From assembly GCA_036389275.1 (NCBI GenBank), contig DASVQE010000009.1, forward strand, positions 30,568 through 94,567: DNA of 64,000 nt, in the 5' to 3' direction. A model generated the notes under the pieces. It did no database searches and was not told where the DNA came from. It was given only the letters and a program-made list of their open reading frames with translations. A program made the translations under genes and the position numbers. This document shows positions 46,076 through 55,900 of this stretch, piece after piece. Each line of letters begins with the position of its first letter. Within the stretch, counting starts at the first letter, position 1. Source of the stretch: Thermoanaerobaculia bacterium (lineage in GTDB: Bacteria > Acidobacteriota > Thermoanaerobaculia > Gp7-AA8).

Positions 46076-47614
46076 ATGCCCTCTTCCAGCAGGAAGGACT
46101 CTACTCCGGAAAGGACCGCGAGAGCTGCACGCGCTGCGCAGCGTTTCGCCGCGCTCACCGAGGCGTACGTAGAGCGCTTCGACCGGGCTGAAGTAAACAC
46201 GAGGTTGAAGCTGTTCATCGTCAGCCGAGGCGTTACGGTGAGCGATCTCGCCCGGGAGGCTGGCATCAGCCGCAACCACGTTCGCCTTGTCGCCAGTGCC
46301 GAGCGCGAGCCGTCGCGGCGCAAAATGGCGACGATCGTGTCCGCCGCACGCCGGCTCACGTTCGAGCCGGTCAGGACTGAGAATTTATTTGAGTTAACGG
46401 CCGAGGAGAGTGGTACTTGGTTCCTCGCGAAAGATCGAAATAAGGCGATACGCGCGGCTGCAGCGAGTGCGGCACAACTCAAACTGGCGCGCGAACGCCT
46501 CATCGCCGTTGCGCACCATCGGCCGGTGTCGGAATGGCCGACGCGGCTCATGAGGCATCCGCAGGGCGTGAACGTTGCGCTTATCCGCTCGCTCCTAACG
46601 CTCGCTTACCGTACGCTCGACGCTGAGCCCCGCCTAGGCGATGAAATCGCCGACGTGGCGGCTAGTCTCGTCGCGGCCTTACCGGATACGGTCACCGCCG
46701 AAGTTAAAGTGATGATACGAGCCGTAGCGCTGCTGTACCGCGCCTACGCCTCACGGTCCCTCGGCCGGTATGACGAGGCAGCGGCTTTGCTCGACGCCGC
46801 CGAACGCGAAGCCGAACGAACGCCCTACTGCGCTAACGAACTCGCTCGCGTTTGGTATGAATGCGCGGCGCTTTGCGTCCTGAGAGGCGACGTACGTAAC
46901 GCCGAGCGGCACGCGAATCGCGCCATCACGCTTTTCACGGTGCTCGGCGACGTTCACCGGGTCGGCCGAACGCAAAATCTGATGGGAAGCGTCAGGTATG
47001 TCTCCGGTGATGTTGCGGCCGCTAGGGACCTTTGGTTAGCAGCGTACGACCGAATGCGAACAGCCGAGGACAAGAGTGCGCTCGCCGGGATCGCGCGAAA
47101 TCTCGGTGCCGCAGAGACACTCGTCGGAAACGTTGATGAGGCAAGAAACTGGCTCGATGAGTCCGAACGAATGTTTGTAGCACTTCGTCTCCCGACAGAA
47201 CTGACGCGCGTTCGGTGGGCAAAGGCGAAGCTGCAACTGGTCCTCGATCGTGGCGAAGGGGTGTCTCTCCTTAAATCGGTTCGCGCGGAATTCGTACGAC
47301 GAAACATGCCGACAGACGCCGGTTTCGTGGGCCTCGACATCGTTGAAGCTCTTCTCGACGATGAAAGCCGTAGCGAAGACCTTATTGCGCTCGCGCGCGC
47401 GACGGTCGGGGCATTCGAAAAAGCAGGGGCGACGCCGCGAATGCTCGAAGCGCTCAGCTACCTTCGTCAAGCAGTCCAGCGTCAACGCGCGACGAGTGAG
47501 CTTGTCGGAGAAGTCCGTGACTACCTTGCCGAAGCGTTGCGCGGGACGAACCTTCCGTTCGCCCCGCGCGACAGTGTCACGGCTTCGGAATCGACAACAT
47601 GCTCGACAGAATGA
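46076..47614 (+). CDS. XRE-type HTH plus TPR transcriptional regulator (RRNPP-like architecture)
   Basis: TRLKLFIVSRGVTVSDLAREAGISRNHVRLVASAEREPS HTH, then about 8 TPR-like helical repeats. Confidence 0.82.
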   Translation: MPSSSRKDSTPERTARAARAAQRFAALTEAYVERFDRAEVNTRLKLFIVSRGVTVSDLAREAGISRNHVRLVASAEREPSRRKMATIVSAARRLTFEPVRTENLFELTAEESGTWFLAKDRNKAIRAAAASAAQLKLARERLIAVAHHRPVSEWPTRLMRHPQGVNVALIRSLLTLAYRTLDAEPRLGDEIADVAASLVAALPDTVTAEVKVMIRAVALLYRAYASRSLGRYDEAAALLDAAEREAERTPYCANELARVWYECAALCVLRGDVRNAERHANRAITLFTVLGDVHRVGRTQNLMGSVRYVSGDVAAARDLWLAAYDRMRTAEDKSALAGIARNLGAAETLVGNVDEARNWLDESERMFVALRLPTELTRVRWAKAKLQLVLDRGEGVSLLKSVRAEFVRRNMPTDAGFVGLDIVEALLDDESRSEDLIALARATVGAFEKAGATPRMLEALSYLRQAVQRQRATSELVGEVRDYLAEALRGTNLPFAPRDSVTASESTTCSTE

Positions 47615-47651
47615 CTATGATCGGGATCAAAACGACAGGATCGAACGGCAC
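47577..47651 (-). CDS. 24-aa hydrophobic peptide MPFDPVVLIPIIVILSSMLSIPKP (candidate signalling peptide or type I toxin)
   Basis: RBS GGGAGGAGG (47666-47658) 6 nt before GTG 47651; TGA at 47579-47577; overlaps the 3' end of the HTH-TPR gene convergently. Below the ORF-track size cut-off. Confidence 0.55.
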   Translation of the reverse strand: MPFDPVVLIPIIVILSSMLSIPKP

Positions 47652-47811
47652 AGACGTCCTCCTCCCGCGCCGCCGCAGCAGCGCGATGTTTGAGATGTGT
47701 GGAGGGCGCCCTCTCCAAGAGGAGGAGTGTCAGATCGCGCGCTGGCGATATCACGGCTTTCGGGATTTCGGCGCGGGGTTCGGTATACTTCGCAAACCTC
47801 TTCACACGCCG

Positions 47812-48321
47812 ATGACGGACCCTTCTTACGCGCCGCGGCCCGACGACTCGGACCCGTTCGTGGCTGCGTACCGACAGCAGTTCGAGTTCTTACGTCTGCT
47901 TGCGACGCAGCGGTTCGGCATTCCGGTCGCTGACGCGGAGGCGATCGTTCAAGAGGTATTCGTCACGTACCTTCGGCGTCAACCGCATGTCAATGACGAA
48001 CGGCAGTGGCTCATCGCAGGAGTCTGTAACGCGTCGCGCGCGTACTGGCGATCCGTTGCCAAGCATGACGCATTACGCGATGGGCGCAGCCCGGCGCCAC
48101 CCCATTCCGAACGCATCGGGTCGCAACTCGATGCGCGTACGCTGCTGCGGCGCCTACCGCGCAAGTGTCGCGAAGTGTTGCGGCTGAAGTTCTACGACGA
48201 TTTGAGCGCCGCCGAAATCGCTGATCGCTTCCACACTTCGACCGGATACGCGAAGCTCATGATCCATCGCTGTCTCGCGGCAGCGCGTGACCTTCTTCGC
48301 GGTAGAGAGGGCGCATCTTGA
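47812..48321 (+). CDS. ECF sigma-70 factor
   Basis: DAEAIVQEVF, WLIAGVCNASR and LPRKCREVLRL...LSAAEIADRF; TATACT at 47784-47789 upstream. Confidence 0.88.
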   Translation: MTDPSYAPRPDDSDPFVAAYRQQFEFLRLLATQRFGIPVADAEAIVQEVFVTYLRRQPHVNDERQWLIAGVCNASRAYWRSVAKHDALRDGRSPAPPHSERIGSQLDARTLLRRLPRKCREVLRLKFYDDLSAAEIADRFHTSTGYAKLMIHRCLAAARDLLRGREGAS

Positions 48322-49673
48322 AAGGTTCGCACTACACCCGCGATGACTTTCTTGCATACCTCGATGGGAACGAAGACGTGGCTGATCCGGCCGCCATCGA
48401 TGCTCACCTTGAACATTGCGCCACTTGCGCTTCGGTCTTAGCTCAGGTGCGCGAAGACTACAAAATACTAAGCGATCCTGCGCTGTGGGAGCAGGCATTG
48501 GACACCGTCGGTGCAGCGAGGTCAGCGCGTGACGATTTGGCGCGTGAGGAGCATCTCAAGTTTGCGCTTGACGACCATCGCCGCCGAGCGGCTGAGGTAG
48601 CTCAGGCGGAACTCACCTTCGCTGAGCTGTCGAGCAGGTCGCCCGATGTTTGGCTGGAACACCTCTTTGCGCTGCCGGCGGAGCGTACCGACAGCTTGGT
48701 AATGCGTGTGGTTCAAGAGGCGCGCGCGATCGAGGAACAAGCGCCGCTTGAGGCGCTCCGACTGCTCGACGCGGCGCAAGCAATCGTGCTCGTCATCGAC
48801 GACGAACAGATTACTGCGGCGACCATCGGAGCCATCTGGAAGGAGCGGGCGAACACGCTGACGGCCCTCGGCGACTACGCGGCAGCGCTTACTGCATTAG
48901 TCGAAGCTGAGCGCGAGTACGCGCGCTCCATCGTAGCCCCGTACGATTTAGCTCTGGTCGATTGGGCACGAGCAAACGTGTACTTTCAGATGGGCGAATA
49001 TTCGCGAGTGCTACCGTTGACGCGGGAAGCTAAACGAACGCTGCGTAGGTTCGGCGACACGCTGCGCGCCACGCACGTCCAGGTACTCGAAGCGTGTACG
49101 GTTCATGAACAAGGTAATATCGAGCGTGCCGAGGAAATGTATCTTGCTCTTCTAATAAAACTTCAGAACTTCGGAGACGAGATTACATCTGCGCGAGTGC
49201 TTGCGAATCTCGCGTGCTGCAGGCTCCAACGAAATGATTTGATGGCGACCGAGGCATACGCCGCACGTGCGACTGCGATTTACGCTAAGCACGGCCTTGA
49301 CACGGAGATTACGCGCACTCGATGGGCGCTCGCTAAGGCGCTGCTTGCGCGAGGCGACAGAGACGCAGGCGTAGCCGCGCTTGGCCGCATAGCCGCGGAA
49401 TTCGAGAGCCTAGGGATGAGTACTGACGCAGCAGCCGTCCGCCTCGATATCGTGGAAGAGCTGATAAACGGCGAAGAGTACGCTCGTGCCGCCGAACTTG
49501 CGACGCAGGTCGCTACGACGTTCGCACTGGCAACAGAAAAGCTCAATCTTTCGAAGGCGTTGGACGCGCTACGACGAGCGACCGTCGAGCACCGCCCGAC
49601 GCGGGACCTGATTCGCGAAGCCCGGCACATCCTAATGCATCCGCACCTCCACTCCCTCCCGCCATCAGCGTAG
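48318..49673 (+). CDS. zf-HC2 anti-sigma-like protein with soluble TPR domain
   Basis: FLAYLDG...IDAHLEHCATC, then TPRs; TTGA overlap with the sigma gene; no TM segment. Confidence 0.82.
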   Translation: MKGSHYTRDDFLAYLDGNEDVADPAAIDAHLEHCATCASVLAQVREDYKILSDPALWEQALDTVGAARSARDDLAREEHLKFALDDHRRRAAEVAQAELTFAELSSRSPDVWLEHLFALPAERTDSLVMRVVQEARAIEEQAPLEALRLLDAAQAIVLVIDDEQITAATIGAIWKERANTLTALGDYAAALTALVEAEREYARSIVAPYDLALVDWARANVYFQMGEYSRVLPLTREAKRTLRRFGDTLRATHVQVLEACTVHEQGNIERAEEMYLALLIKLQNFGDEITSARVLANLACCRLQRNDLMATEAYAARATAIYAKHGLDTEITRTRWALAKALLARGDRDAGVAALGRIAAEFESLGMSTDAAAVRLDIVEELINGEEYARAAELATQVATTFALATEKLNLSKALDALRRATVEHRPTRDLIREARHILMHPHLHSLPPSA

Positions 49674-49773
49674 AAGTCGCATCGAGATGCACCTAATACG
49701 GTGCGCGCGCGACCGGTTGTTGCCTTCTCGACGTCCATATGGTGTTATGCCCCCACTGAGTGCGGGCAGAACC

Positions 49774-49793
49774 ATCGCAACAAAAACTGCGAT
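49774..49793. promoter_or_regulatory. candidate operator, copy 2 (perfect ATCGCA-N8-TGCGAT)
   Basis: Upstream of the teneurin-like gene. Confidence 0.45.
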
Positions 49794-49956
49794 TCACACT
49801 ACTTTATGGCGGTGGTGTGTGGCACGTCTGCTCTCTCCTTGAACCGATACCGACACTGACGATCCGATGACACCCTTTGGACACCTCAACATTTCTGCCT
49901 TCACCACCACCACCGCCACCATCGGGAAGACCATTCCAGACCTGCAGGAGCTAATG

Positions 49957-52900
49957 ATGATGCGCCTTTCTCAAATCGCCGCTGGACAGAGTCTCTATCG
50001 GTCAACGAACGTCCGCCGCGGCCAGTCGGAGGTGGAACCCAACCACCGTCTCCTAGCTCTGCGCGAGCGCGTGCGTCACGCGTCAAGGCGCTTCCGACCG
50101 CTCCTCAAACTGCGTAGTTCCCGCGCAATCGTGATCGCGCTAGTTGCAGTGCTCAGCGCGTCGATGTCAGCAGCGGGCGCGACCACAGCGTTTCAACGTG
50201 TTGTGACGCTAACCGGCAGTTCTTCCTCGCACGATGTATTCAAGCGTCCCACAGGTGCCGCCGTTTCGCTCTCCGACGGCACGGTATACATCGCGGATCG
50301 TCAACACCATCGCGTGCAAGCGGTCTCGCCTGACGGTCTGACGCGGCCGGTCGCGCCGAGCACGAGCTTCGTAGACCCGACCGCTGTCGCCGTGTCGCGT
50401 GACTTTCTGTACATCACGGACGGCAACGCCATCCGTCGTATATCGCTCGCCGCGGGCGAGGCCGCTTCCACCGTGGCCGGTTCAGAAATGCCGGACGGTC
50501 GCGACGGCGTGGGACCCGCGGCCGGCTTCAAGCAGCCGATGGGCCTCGCATTCAATCAGCGTGGCGAGATCGTCGTAGCGGATACGGGCAATCACAAAAT
50601 CAGATTGGTGACACCCACCGGCGTCGTGAGCACTATCGCCGGAGATGGTCGCCCAGGCTTCACTAACGGGTCCACCGCCATTGCGCAGTTCAAGGGCGTC
50701 GAGGGCGTGGCAGTGGCGCCAGACGGCACGATTTACGTCGCAGATACCGGCAACCACACCATTCGTGGCATCAGGAATGGCGCCGTGTTCACCGTCGCCG
50801 GTACGGGCCAACCCGGCCTACTTGACGGCGAGGCGAACCTCGCGTCCTTTAAGGAACCTTCGAGCGTCGCGATTGATGACTTCGGCACACTTTATGTCGC
50901 CGATAGAGGTAATCACGCGATCCGACGTATCAGCGATGGAGTCGTCAGTACGGTTGCTGGTACGGGCATTCCCGGCTTGGTCAACGCTACTGATGTCGCT
51001 CACGCGCAATTCGCGTTCCCCAGCGGTGTTGCAGCCGCGGGCGCGTTGTATGTAGCCGACAGTGGGAATGACGCATTGCGCGTGCTCTACCCGTCACTGG
51101 CGTTGAGCAGCGTAGAACCGCGCCGAGGAGATCCTGCTGGCGGTGAGATCCTGCACCTCTATGGTATGGGCTTCGTGCCCGGTGCGACGGCAGTTACCGT
51201 CGGCGGCGTTGGCGTCGCGGCAACATACGTTTCGTCGACGGAGCTTGTCGTGACGGCTCCGCCGCACGCGATCGGATTCGTCGACGTTGTCGTGACGACG
51301 CCGGCCGGATCGCGGACGCTTGTAAACGCGTTTGAATACGTCCCGCCGTTCGTCGCGATCGTCATCAGCCCGTCGAATCCGCGACTCGATCCACACGCAA
51401 CCGTGCAGTTGTCGGCGAGTGGAGTCACAGCCGGCGGCACCGCTACGGACATTACGCCACGGGTTGCTTGGAACAGCGACGCACCGGCCGTTGTCACCGT
51501 GGATGCCAGCGGCCTTGCCGAGGCAAAGGCGCCCGGCACCGCCACGATCACTGCGTCACTCAATGCACTCGCCGGCTCGACCACGGTCACGGTGCGGCAA
51601 CCGGAACCGGTACCGCCGGACCCGGTCACGACGGCGCCGCCGCTCGCGACCAGCGCGACAACCTCGTTCATCGGCTCGACCGAATTTCTCTACAGCGGCC
51701 CGGACGCCATTCAGCAAGCCGTCGCACCCGGAACGATCAAGCCGCTGCGCTCCGCCGTCATTCGCGGTCGCGTTTTCACGCGAGACGGACAGCCGCTGCG
51801 CGCAGTACAGGTCACCATCAGCAAGCGCCCCGAGTACGGATCGACCGCAACGCGCGATGACGGCCGGTTCGACATCGCTGTCAATGGCGGCTCACCGCTC
51901 GTCGTGCGTTACGAGAAGAACGGCTACATCGGCGCCGAGCGCACGGTGCTCGTGCCGTCGCAGGACTTCGCGTTCGCCACGGATGTCGTGCTGTCCGCCC
52001 TCGACGCGACCGTCACCACCGTTGCGGCGTCCGCGTCAGCCGCCCAGGTCGCGCGTGGATCGCTCATAACCGATGCATCCGGCTCGCGGCAGGCCACGCT
52101 CGTGTTCTCGTCGGCGACAGCTACGACGTTGCGGCTTAGCGACGGCACGACTGCGAACGTACCGGAGCTGCACGTTCGCGCGACGGAGTTCTCCGTCGGT
52201 GCTGACGGGCCGAAGGCAATGCCGGCCGCGCTACCGCCGCAGAGCGGTTACACCTACTGCGTCGAACTGAGCGCCGATGAAGCAATCGCGGCGAATGCGA
52301 AAAGCGTGCAGTTCTCCAAGCCGGTCTCGTTCTACGTCGAGAACTTCCTCGGATTTCCGGTTGGTCAACACGTGCCGGTCGGCTACTACGACCGCGACCG
52401 GAACGCATGGTTGGCGATGCCCGATGGGCGCGTCGTGCGGGTTGTGACGGTTGACGCTGGTGTTGCCCATCTTGATACCGATGGCAACGGCACCGCGGAT
52501 GATGCGGGCATCGCCACTGAAGAGTTGCAGCGGCTCGGCGCGCTCTACGCGCCCGGCGCGACGCTCTGGCGCGTCACGACGACACACTTCTCGTCAATCG
52601 ATCTCAATTGGGCTTGCTCATTACCACCTGACGCGACACTTCCAAAGGGTCAACCGACTTATTACGCGCCGCGTGATAACGCCTGCACGACCGGCGGCTC
52701 GATCATCGAGTGTGAGAATCAGACGCTCGGCGAAGATGTCGGGATCACCGGCACGTCATTCGCGCTTCACTATCGCAGCGACCGCACCGAAGGTCGGGTC
52801 GCTTCGCGCACGATCGACATCCCGGTGACGGGCGACACGGTCCCGGCGAGCCTGAAACGTGCGGAGCTCGAAATCTCGATTGCCGGAACACTGACGCGGC

Positions 52901-55900
52901 AGTCATTCACAAGCTCACCGAAGCAGACCTATCACTTCGTTTGGAACGGCCGTGATGCGTACGGCCGCGTGGTACAGGGCGGCGCACCGATCACAATTCG
53001 CACCATCTACTACTACGACGGTTTTTATCAGGTTCCGACGCAGGCTACATTCAGCTTCGGGCAGACCAGCGGCATCGCCGGAACCAGCTCGAGCCGCATT
53101 GAAGTCACGACGACCGCGCAGTGGCAAGGCCACTTGGGCGCGTGGCATGCGACGGGCGACCGTATCGGCGGCTGGACGATCACGCCGCATCACTTCTATG
53201 ACGTGACGACGAAGACACTCTATCGCGGCGACGGGTCGCGCAAATCGGCCATGCCGCAGCGGTTCGGCGCGCCGCAGGGCACGTTCACGCCGATCATGGG
53301 CAAACCGGGTGTGCGCGACGCGAAATGGACCGGAAACGGCGGACCGGCGAAAGACGCGACCTTCTCCTACATCACATCCATGAAGGTAGGCCCGGACGGC
53401 ACGCTGTACATCGGTAGCGCCGAATACATTCACAAGATCACGCCGGACGGGACGCTCGTCAGGATCGCAGGGAACGGGGCAGGTGGAGTGCCGACGACTA
53501 CCGAACGCGCCGCCACGGGTCCAGCGCTGCAGACGCGCTTCTATTTCCCTGACAGCATTGCAGTCGCACCGGACGGGACGCTCTTCGTCGCCGAGCCGTT
53601 CCTGAATCAAATCCGCGTGATCACGCCTGACGGCACCGCGTCGCGCTATGCCGGGACGGGCGTCTCGGGCCGTGGCGGCGATGGAGTACCGGCCGCACAA
53701 ACGCCGCTCGCATTGCCGTCGAGCGTCGCGCTGGCGCCGGACGGTTCGCTGTACGTTGCCGAGCCGGAAGCGAACCGCATCCGGCGCATCACACCGGACC
53801 GCCTTGTCTACACCGTCGCGGGCTCAGGGCTGCGCACGTATTCGGGCGACGGAGGCCCGGCGCTCAACGCAGGTCTGGTGTCTCCGCGGGCGCTGACGCT
53901 TGCCTCCGATGGGACGGTCTATTTCTTCGACGCTCTCAGCAGCACGGGATGCCGCATTCGCCGCGTTACGACAGACGGGATGATTTCCACGGTTGCAGGC
54001 GGCGTCCCATGCAGATCATCCACCGGCGACGGTGGCGCGGCTGCCGACGCTCTGGTCAGCATCAATAACATCGAATTCGGCGGGCTGGCGGTAGGACCAG
54101 ACGACTCGATCATTTTCGTCGAGCAGCGCCCGACGAGTCGCGTCCGCCGCATCGATCCGTCCGGCACGATTGACACGGTACTCGGCTCCGGGACGCTCGG
54201 CAGCATCACGCCGGGCGCGTTGGCGACGGGCACGGATATCGGCCCGTCGTATGCGCTGGCGGTCGCGCCGAACGGCACGATGTACTTCGCCGACGATGAA
54301 GACACGCCGACGAACAGCGTGCTTTACAAAGTCGAACCACCGCTGCCACCGTTCACCGGCACAAGCAGTGAAATTCGTATTGCGGATGGTGATCTCGTTT
54401 ACGTCTTCACGGAAGGCGGGAGGCACTTGCGCACGTTAGCGCGCGATACCAACGCCACCCTCTACAGCTTTGGCTACGACGGCGACGGCGTCATGACCTC
54501 CATCACAGACTTCGACGGTAATGTGACTCGCATCGAACGCAGCGGCGGCGACGCGACAGCGATCGTCGCGCCGGGCGGGCAGCGGACCGAGATTGCCGGT
54601 GCCCCGTACGCTACGACCATTACGACAGCACCCGGTCAGACGACAACTTTTACTTACGCCGATGGCCTGATGCAAACCCTGACGGATTCGCGACGCAATA
54701 CAACGAAGTTTGAGTGGGACGAACTCGGCCTCTTGCGTCGCGACAGCGATCCGGAAGGCGGAGCCAAGACGCTCACCCGTCGCCCTACTGCGGACGGTCA
54801 CGAGGTCGCGATTGCGACCGCTGGCGGTCGGACGACGCATTACACAGCGGACGTGCTAAAGACCTCCGATCATCTGATCACCGTGGTTAGTCCCGCCGGA
54901 CTGATCGCCACGACTCTCGAAGGGAAGAACGGCGTGACGACCTCAGTACGGCCGGATGGTGCAACGAGGAGCGTCAGACTTGCGCCTGACCCCGTGTCGG
55001 GCATGCTTGCTCCATTCGAAGCCGAGTCCGCCATGATCTTTCCGAGTGGCCGCACATTTGTGATGTCGTCGACCAGTAAAGCCACGATGCTTAATCCGTC
55101 TACGCCCGCGACGCGAACCGAGACGTTCACGGTCGCGGGCAAAACATTCACCCGCTTGTTCGATATCGCGAAGCTGACGGAGCAGTGGATCACACCGACT
55201 GGTCGGACGATGGCGGGGACAGTAGACGCAGCCGGTCGTCGGCGCTCGACCTCGATCCCCTCGCTCGCGACCGTCTCGTTCACATACAACTCAAACGGAA
55301 CGCTCGCTAGCGTCGCGCAGGGTTCGAGAAGTCAAAGCTTTGCATACAACGCGCGCATCGAACTGACGTCGATGACAGACGCGCTGCACCGCACAACCAG
55401 TTTTGAGTACGACAACGCCGGCCGGGTCACGAAAGAAATTCTCTCCGACCTCCGTGAGATAACGTTCTCGTACGACCCTGCAGGCAACCTGCTGTCTGTA
55501 ACGCCGCCGGGCCGGCCGTTATACGGATTTGCCTACAACAAAGTGAATCTGCCGACACTCTACGCACCGCCACGTGTACTCAACGGCGGAGCGACGGTGT
55601 ACCACTACAACGCAGACCGCGAACTAACGTCGATCGAGCGACCCGACCGCTCGACGATTGAACTCGGTTATGACGGCGGTGGGCGCCTAACGTCTCTGAC
55701 GTGGCCTTCTGGCGCGCTTACATATGACTATTTGTCGTCGGGTGCGCTCCACGTCATAAGTGGTGCCGAGGCTTCCCTAACATACGACTACGACGGTTCA
55801 CTGCTGACTGGAGTCGCGTGGACAGGTGCTCTGAGTGGCTCAATTAGATGGGCATATACACCCGAGTTGCTCATCGCGTCGGAGACAGTAGGCGGCGATT

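Noticed and set aside
49632-49650. Minus-strand GGAGGT followed by ATG-CAT-TAG at the anti-sigma 3' end
   Set aside because: Gives only Met-His; the SD-like run is explained by the sense-strand His-Leu-His-Ser-Leu-Pro codons.
49799-49825. Minus-strand AAGGAG-N9-GTG 8-aa ORF (MPHTTAIK)
   Set aside because: Too short to support without conservation data; could be revisited as a second peptide.
49867-49956. Track start of the RHS gene at 49867
   Set aside because: No RBS there; AGGAG precedes the Met triplet at 49954-49962.
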